From: an uncultured virus (IMG/VR IMGVR_UViG_3300028393_000048)
Lineage: Duplodnaviria > Heunggongvirae > Uroviricota > Caudoviricetes
Length of the DNA: 20,000 nucleotides
Reading direction: 5' to 3' (one strand)
IMG/VR virus record: IMGVR_UViG_3300028393_000048
Coordinates: 56,078-76,077 of that record
Both the position numbers and the translations under genes were made by a program. Position 1 is the stretch's first letter. Each line of letters starts with the position of its first letter. A model generated the notes under the pieces. It was not told where the DNA came from and did no database searches. It worked only from the letters and a program-made list of their open reading frames with translations. Positions 16,195-20,000 of the stretch are shown here, in pieces.

Positions 16195-16916
16195 TCCTGA
16201 TATGCAAAATTTTGTCTATATGCATAGGCGAAATATGCTCTACACGTTTGCCAACGGTAGGTTAATTTCATTTTCGTGTTAGTCCATTTATATTTTAAAT
16301 TTGCATTTAATATATGTGTATTCAATACATCTTCTCCATTTAAATATCTATTATTTTCCCATAATTTGAATGCATCCGAATAATAATCCATGTTTTCAGA
16401 AGTTGAAAAAGCAAAAAAATCACTTATTTTTGGTTGAGATTCAATTTTATCTACACTATGGTAACCTATATATAGTTTTTTTTGCTCTATGACGTTTTTT
16501 AATTCTTCTTTATCAATCGTAGTATCAAACATTACGTCCATTCTTATCCTAAAAACAACATCATATTTAAAATTATTTTCCAATTCATATTCTTTTTTTA
16601 GGGCATTAGACTTCATGATTGAATAATACATGGGAGCAGTTGATGGATGAGTTTGGCTTGGGTATTTTTGTAAAAAATCGTTGTAATTTTCTATTACGTA
16701 TCTTTTTGGTTTTATTCTGTTTTCAATATATTCTTTTTTTTCTTCGATGGAACATGATTTTGCTGCATCATCGCATGGAGTTTGCCCACCGTTATCTATT
16801 TCCCAAGTATGTAAGAAAACATCTGCATTTAATTCGTTTATTATATATTCTTTTAATACAGGAAAACAATACCACATGGATCTAGTTAACCCTGATAAAC
16901 AAATTGCTATTCTCAT
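16191..16916 (-). CDS. Uncharacterised glycosyltransferase-like protein (paralog of 19298..19996)
   Basis: MRIAICLSGLTR, DVFLHTW, YDVVFRIRMD, SDFFAF: a pattern seen in glycan-locus proteins of unknown function. Confidence 0.6.
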   Translation of the reverse strand: MRIAICLSGLTRSMWYCFPVLKEYIINELNADVFLHTWEIDNGGQTPCDDAAKSCSIEEKKEYIENRIKPKRYVIENYNDFLQKYPSQTHPSTAPMYYSIMKSNALKKEYELENNFKYDVVFRIRMDVMFDTTIDKEELKNVIEQKKLYIGYHSVDKIESQPKISDFFAFSTSENMDYYSDAFKLWENNRYLNGEDVLNTHILNANLKYKWTNTKMKLTYRWQTCRAYFAYAYRQNFAYQD

Positions 16917-16917
16917 T

Positions 16918-17613
16918 TTATCTTAAGGATGATTGATATTGTCCTGTTCTGGAACCTTGTTTTGCAATTGATGGGAACCACCAATATGTTTTAGCTTTCA
17001 ATTTATATAACTGATATGCAAGTTCCCAATCAAAAGCTAATTGAAACGGTAATGATGATTCATATATTTTAGATGCAATATCAGGTTTTAATAAATATGC
17101 TTCGGCGCAGTTTGTAGCGGGATTATTGACTAGATAAGAATTTTCACTCTTTCTTATACTTGTTGATAATTTATACTTTTGAAATTCAAAACCGCAACCT
17201 TCACCTAAAAAAATAGCATCCCAATCGTTTGGTGTTTCTTGGATATACTTTTTAAAAAGTAAATTAAAATTCGTATCGAACATAATGTCATCTTCTAAGA
17301 TCATGCCAAAATTTTTACACTCTTGAGATAATTTTTTAATAGCAGTTAGTTGTTTAATTGCGCAAGACAATTCTGAAGAACTTAAAACTCTGAATGTATT
17401 TATATTACAATCCCATAAAGGTTTAATTTTGTTTGTAAATTTTTCGGGATTTGGTAGATAAAATTTATTTAATATATCTTCTTTTAAATCTTCTTTATCA
17501 TATTGTGTTATAAATTCAAAAGGTATTTTAGATTTTTCTAAAATTGAAATTAAATTTGAATACCTGTCTTTTAATTTAGTATAATGAATTATATAAATTT
17601 TATCAGGTTTCAT
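16918..17613 (-). CDS. Glycosyltransferase family 25-like
   Basis: IYIIH...R, ELSCAIKQ, MILEDD, WDAIFLG, AEAYLL, D-W, QGS: the GT25 (Lic2A/LgtB-like) motif order. Confidence 0.8.
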   Translation of the reverse strand: MKPDKIYIIHYTKLKDRYSNLISILEKSKIPFEFITQYDKEDLKEDILNKFYLPNPEKFTNKIKPLWDCNINTFRVLSSSELSCAIKQLTAIKKLSQECKNFGMILEDDIMFDTNFNLLFKKYIQETPNDWDAIFLGEGCGFEFQKYKLSTSIRKSENSYLVNNPATNCAEAYLLKPDIASKIYESSLPFQLAFDWELAYQLYKLKAKTYWWFPSIAKQGSRTGQYQSSLR

Positions 17614-18500
17614 TATATTTTATTAGATATTAAAGATATAACATTATCAGGTTGAACGGAATCTGGAATTTTACCATCTTTAAACCAAGGTTTTTTTAAC
17701 ATATCAACATATTTTTCTACATCCATGTCCAATTCTTTAATTTTTTCTATAATTTCTTCATCAGAAGAAAAATTATGACAATTAATAAAGGATTCTGGAT
17801 TAAAATCGCTTTCAACAGATGTTGATCCCCAATATATGGGAATATTCATTCCAAACATTGAATGTATTATTTTTTCTGTGCAATAACCTTGACAAGATGT
17901 GTTTTCCATTGCGATATTAAATTTAAATTTTTTTAAAAAGTTTATTTTTTCTATTTGGTCACCTCTACAAACTAAAACATCACCTATGTTATTATATAAA
18001 CGTCCTGCGCAATGTACTGGTTTGTAATTAAAAAGCTTTGGAACAAAATCAACTCTTTTTCCTTTGGGTTGTGATGCAACAAATGAACAAAAACCAGTTT
18101 TGTTTAGTTTTTTAATTTTGGTTTTATCTAAAAATGACTCTAAATCGTGTAAATAAGCATGATCTCTTTCTGCGATATAGGGTCTATTAAACCAATTCAA
18201 ATGCAATGCCCATAAAGGCAAACGATATTCCCTTGGATCATTTGAATGTCTGAAAGTATAAGCTAAATCGCATTCATTCCAATTTGGTTCAACGTTTTCA
18301 CCCGTATAAAAGATTTTTAAACAGTTTTTATATCTATCCCTGTTTCTTTCGTTATTGTAATCAACCGAAAAAAATAATATATCAGGGTTTTCTTCATCTA
18401 TTTCAACATCATATTTTGTTTTTAAAAGATTATAGAAGTAATTATCATCTTTAAATAGGTTGGGCCAAAAGTCTACAAAGTTTATTTTTAATTTTTTCAT
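17613..18500 (-). CDS. Glycosyltransferase family 10 (alpha-1,3/4-fucosyltransferase-like)
   Basis: INFVDFW, PDILF, FYTGEN, RLPLW, FCSFVAS and the GT10 motif FKFNIAMEN...GYCTEKI...IPIYWG...FNPESFIN. Confidence 0.9.
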   Translation of the reverse strand: MKKLKINFVDFWPNLFKDDNYFYNLLKTKYDVEIDEENPDILFFSVDYNNERNRDRYKNCLKIFYTGENVEPNWNECDLAYTFRHSNDPREYRLPLWALHLNWFNRPYIAERDHAYLHDLESFLDKTKIKKLNKTGFCSFVASQPKGKRVDFVPKLFNYKPVHCAGRLYNNIGDVLVCRGDQIEKINFLKKFKFNIAMENTSCQGYCTEKIIHSMFGMNIPIYWGSTSVESDFNPESFINCHNFSSDEEIIEKIKELDMDVEKYVDMLKKPWFKDGKIPDSVQPDNVISLISNKI

Positions 18501-19246
18501 TTGTGTTTTATAGTTTTAAATACTTCATTTACAAAAATGTTTAAATCGTCGGGCGTTCCGATTGGAAAATGTAAATTATAATAGTATGGTAAAATATTTT
18601 TGTTATCTGTTATCATATTATTATAAGAAGGTGCTATATAATATTCATTATTATATTTTTCATTTTTAGAAATCATTTTTTCTGCCGACTCAACAAAATA
18701 AACACCTTTAGACCAAAAATGCAAACCATTAGTTGCAATATTACTAATGACAATTTTTTCTCTAATTTCCTGTATTCTTAAATCATTTCCTAGTTTAATA
18801 TAACTATTTTTATTCGAATTAGAATGGAATACACCAACAACTCCATGTGCATTGTTTATTTTTGAAAAAGTTAATAGGTCATTTAAACTGAAATCTGCAA
18901 TGTATTGATCACAATTAGTTATTATTAATGGCGTGTTGTTGTTTATAAAATCTTTTGCTAATAAAGCCGTGCAAGCGGGTCCTTCCGTAAGGGTTTCTGT
19001 TACTAATATTTTGTATTTTATGTTTGATTCATTTAATATATTAAAAAAATCCTTGTTATTTTTCAAAATATTAGGTATCACAAATATAAAATTTGCGTTT
19101 TGGCTTTGATTTAAATTTTCAATTACTCTTTTAATCATTGCCACCCCACAAACATCAATTAGTGGTTTTAATTGGTTGGGATGGGTATGTGCAAATCTGC
19201 TGCCTAATCCTGCCATTGGTATCAATATGTTAATATCACTTTCCAT
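18497..19246 (-). CDS. Sugar-phosphate nucleotidyltransferase (NTP_transferase family)
   Basis: ILIPMAGLGSRF, KPLIDV, TEGPACT, ITNCDQ, ISNIATNGLHFW, EYYIAP, GTPDDL. The start is placed at ATG 19246 (MESDINIL) rather than the TTG at 19261 used by the ORF track. Confidence 0.88.
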   Translation of the reverse strand: MESDINILIPMAGLGSRFAHTHPNQLKPLIDVCGVAMIKRVIENLNQSQNANFIFVIPNILKNNKDFFNILNESNIKYKILVTETLTEGPACTALLAKDFINNNTPLIITNCDQYIADFSLNDLLTFSKINNAHGVVGVFHSNSNKNSYIKLGNDLRIQEIREKIVISNIATNGLHFWSKGVYFVESAEKMISKNEKYNNEYYIAPSYNNMITDNKNILPYYYNLHFPIGTPDDLNIFVNEVFKTIKHK

Positions 19247-19284
19247 TACAATAAATATCAATACTTGAAAAAAATCAACATGTG

Positions 19285-19291
19285 ATAAATA
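19285..19291 (+). promoter_or_regulatory. Late-promoter-like box (ATAAATA)
   Basis: ATAAATA-TTATCA-ATG(19298): same 6-nt spacing to the ATG as the TATAAATA box at 3628-3635. Confidence 0.45.
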
Positions 19292-19297
19292 TTATCA

Positions 19298-19996
19298 ATG
19301 AAATTAGGATTGATTTTTGTAGGCGCAATTAGAGAGTGTTTAGATGATATTAAAACCAATATTCAAGCATTAAAGGATTGCTTTCCGACTCATGATGTCG
19401 AAGTTATTTTTTTAACTTGGTATCCCAAAAAAGGAACCTATAGCAATCATAAAGTAAACGAAGGCGCAAATTATCTTTATGATTATGATATCAACCTTTT
19501 AAATGAACAAATAAAAGATGTTGTTGATATTCCAATTTTTTTGGAACAGAAAGATATGAGTCAATATCATCAATGTCGTGATGATGGATTTCCTTTTTTT
19601 GCATACAATTTGATTTATATTGCTAAATATCTAAAAGAAAACAATAAAAAATATGATTATATCATTAGATCTAGACATGATAATTTTGTAAGAATTAAAG
19701 ATGCTGAGAAATTTTTTAATGAAAATGCCAACGTATCACCATGTTTCCATATAGGAGACAAACAGTTTAATAGAACAGAAACAAGTAGCCATTTTTTTAT
19801 TACTTCTTATAATAATTTTTTAAAATTAAAAGATTTATCTGATGATCAAATTAAACATTTTTGCGAAAACTCCGTAAACAATGAGCAATTTGATGCACAT
19901 ATGCTTAATCATATCGCAGGAAATATAGAATTTATTGAACCAAGTGATTTTTTAAATTTTAGAAATAGAAGATTATCTTTTAGAGTATGGGTTTAA
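19298..19996 (+). CDS. Uncharacterised glycosyltransferase-like protein (paralog of 16191..16916)
   Basis: MKLGLIFVGAIR, EVIFLTW, YDYIIRSRHD, SSHFFIT are collinear with the motifs of the 16191..16916 protein. Confidence 0.6.
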   Translation: MKLGLIFVGAIRECLDDIKTNIQALKDCFPTHDVEVIFLTWYPKKGTYSNHKVNEGANYLYDYDINLLNEQIKDVVDIPIFLEQKDMSQYHQCRDDGFPFFAYNLIYIAKYLKENNKKYDYIIRSRHDNFVRIKDAEKFFNENANVSPCFHIGDKQFNRTETSSHFFITSYNNFLKLKDLSDDQIKHFCENSVNNEQFDAHMLNHIAGNIEFIEPSDFLNFRNRRLSFRVWV

Positions 19997-20000
19997 AATA

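Noticed and set aside
5543..16885. Other short nested ORFs (5543, 5819, 6060, 10478, 10545, 11608, 12264, 13405, 14279, 16619)
   Set aside because: Each overlaps a well-supported gene essentially in full and lacks recognisable motifs or expression signals.
19247..19261. TTG start at 19261 for the nucleotidyltransferase
   Set aside because: An in-frame ATG at 19246 directly precedes the family's N-terminal ILIPMAG motif and fits the ATG starts used elsewhere.
1..20000. Stop-codon reassignment (seen in some large phages)
   Set aside because: Core genes translate full length in the standard code with dense packing; TAA, TGA and at least one TAG (7389-7391) act as stops.
1..20000. tRNA, CRISPR array or large ncRNA
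   Set aside because: Intergenic gaps are all under about 80 nt and are occupied by promoter or terminator signals; no cloverleaf or spaced direct repeats were noticed.
13214..20000. Bacterial capsule/O-antigen locus joined to a phage (prophage boundary)
   Set aside because: No transport or polymerase genes, integrase or att-like site; the island shares promoter architecture with the phage core genes. Not fully excludable without read data.

Overview
This 20 kb window is AT-rich, gene-dense and almost entirely on the minus strand, and reads as part of a large T4-like (myovirus/jumbo-type) phage genome. Positions 1-13.2 kb hold a divergent T4-type replication/recombination module: probable sliding clamp, gp32 SSB, a positional gp59 candidate, gp41 helicase, UvsX, gp43 family-B DNA polymerase and gp46/SbcC, with a GT-B glycosyltransferase between the polymerase and gp46. 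Positions 13.2-20 kb hold a sugar-modification island: a GDPD-like phosphodiesterase, a RuBisCO-like protein (form IV/RLP) with a remodelled active site, a cupin, GT4-, GT25- and GT10-like glycosyltransferases, a sugar nucleotidyltransferase and two paralogous orphan GT-like proteins. The most notable observation is the phage-borne RuBisCO-like enzyme inside an apparent nucleotide-sugar/glycosylation pathway. Many genes have a sigma70-type promoter (often 16-bp spacer) or a T4-late TATAAATA box only 5-11 nt from the ATG, implying leaderless or near-leaderless mRNAs. All calls come from motif recognition by eye; no searches were run.
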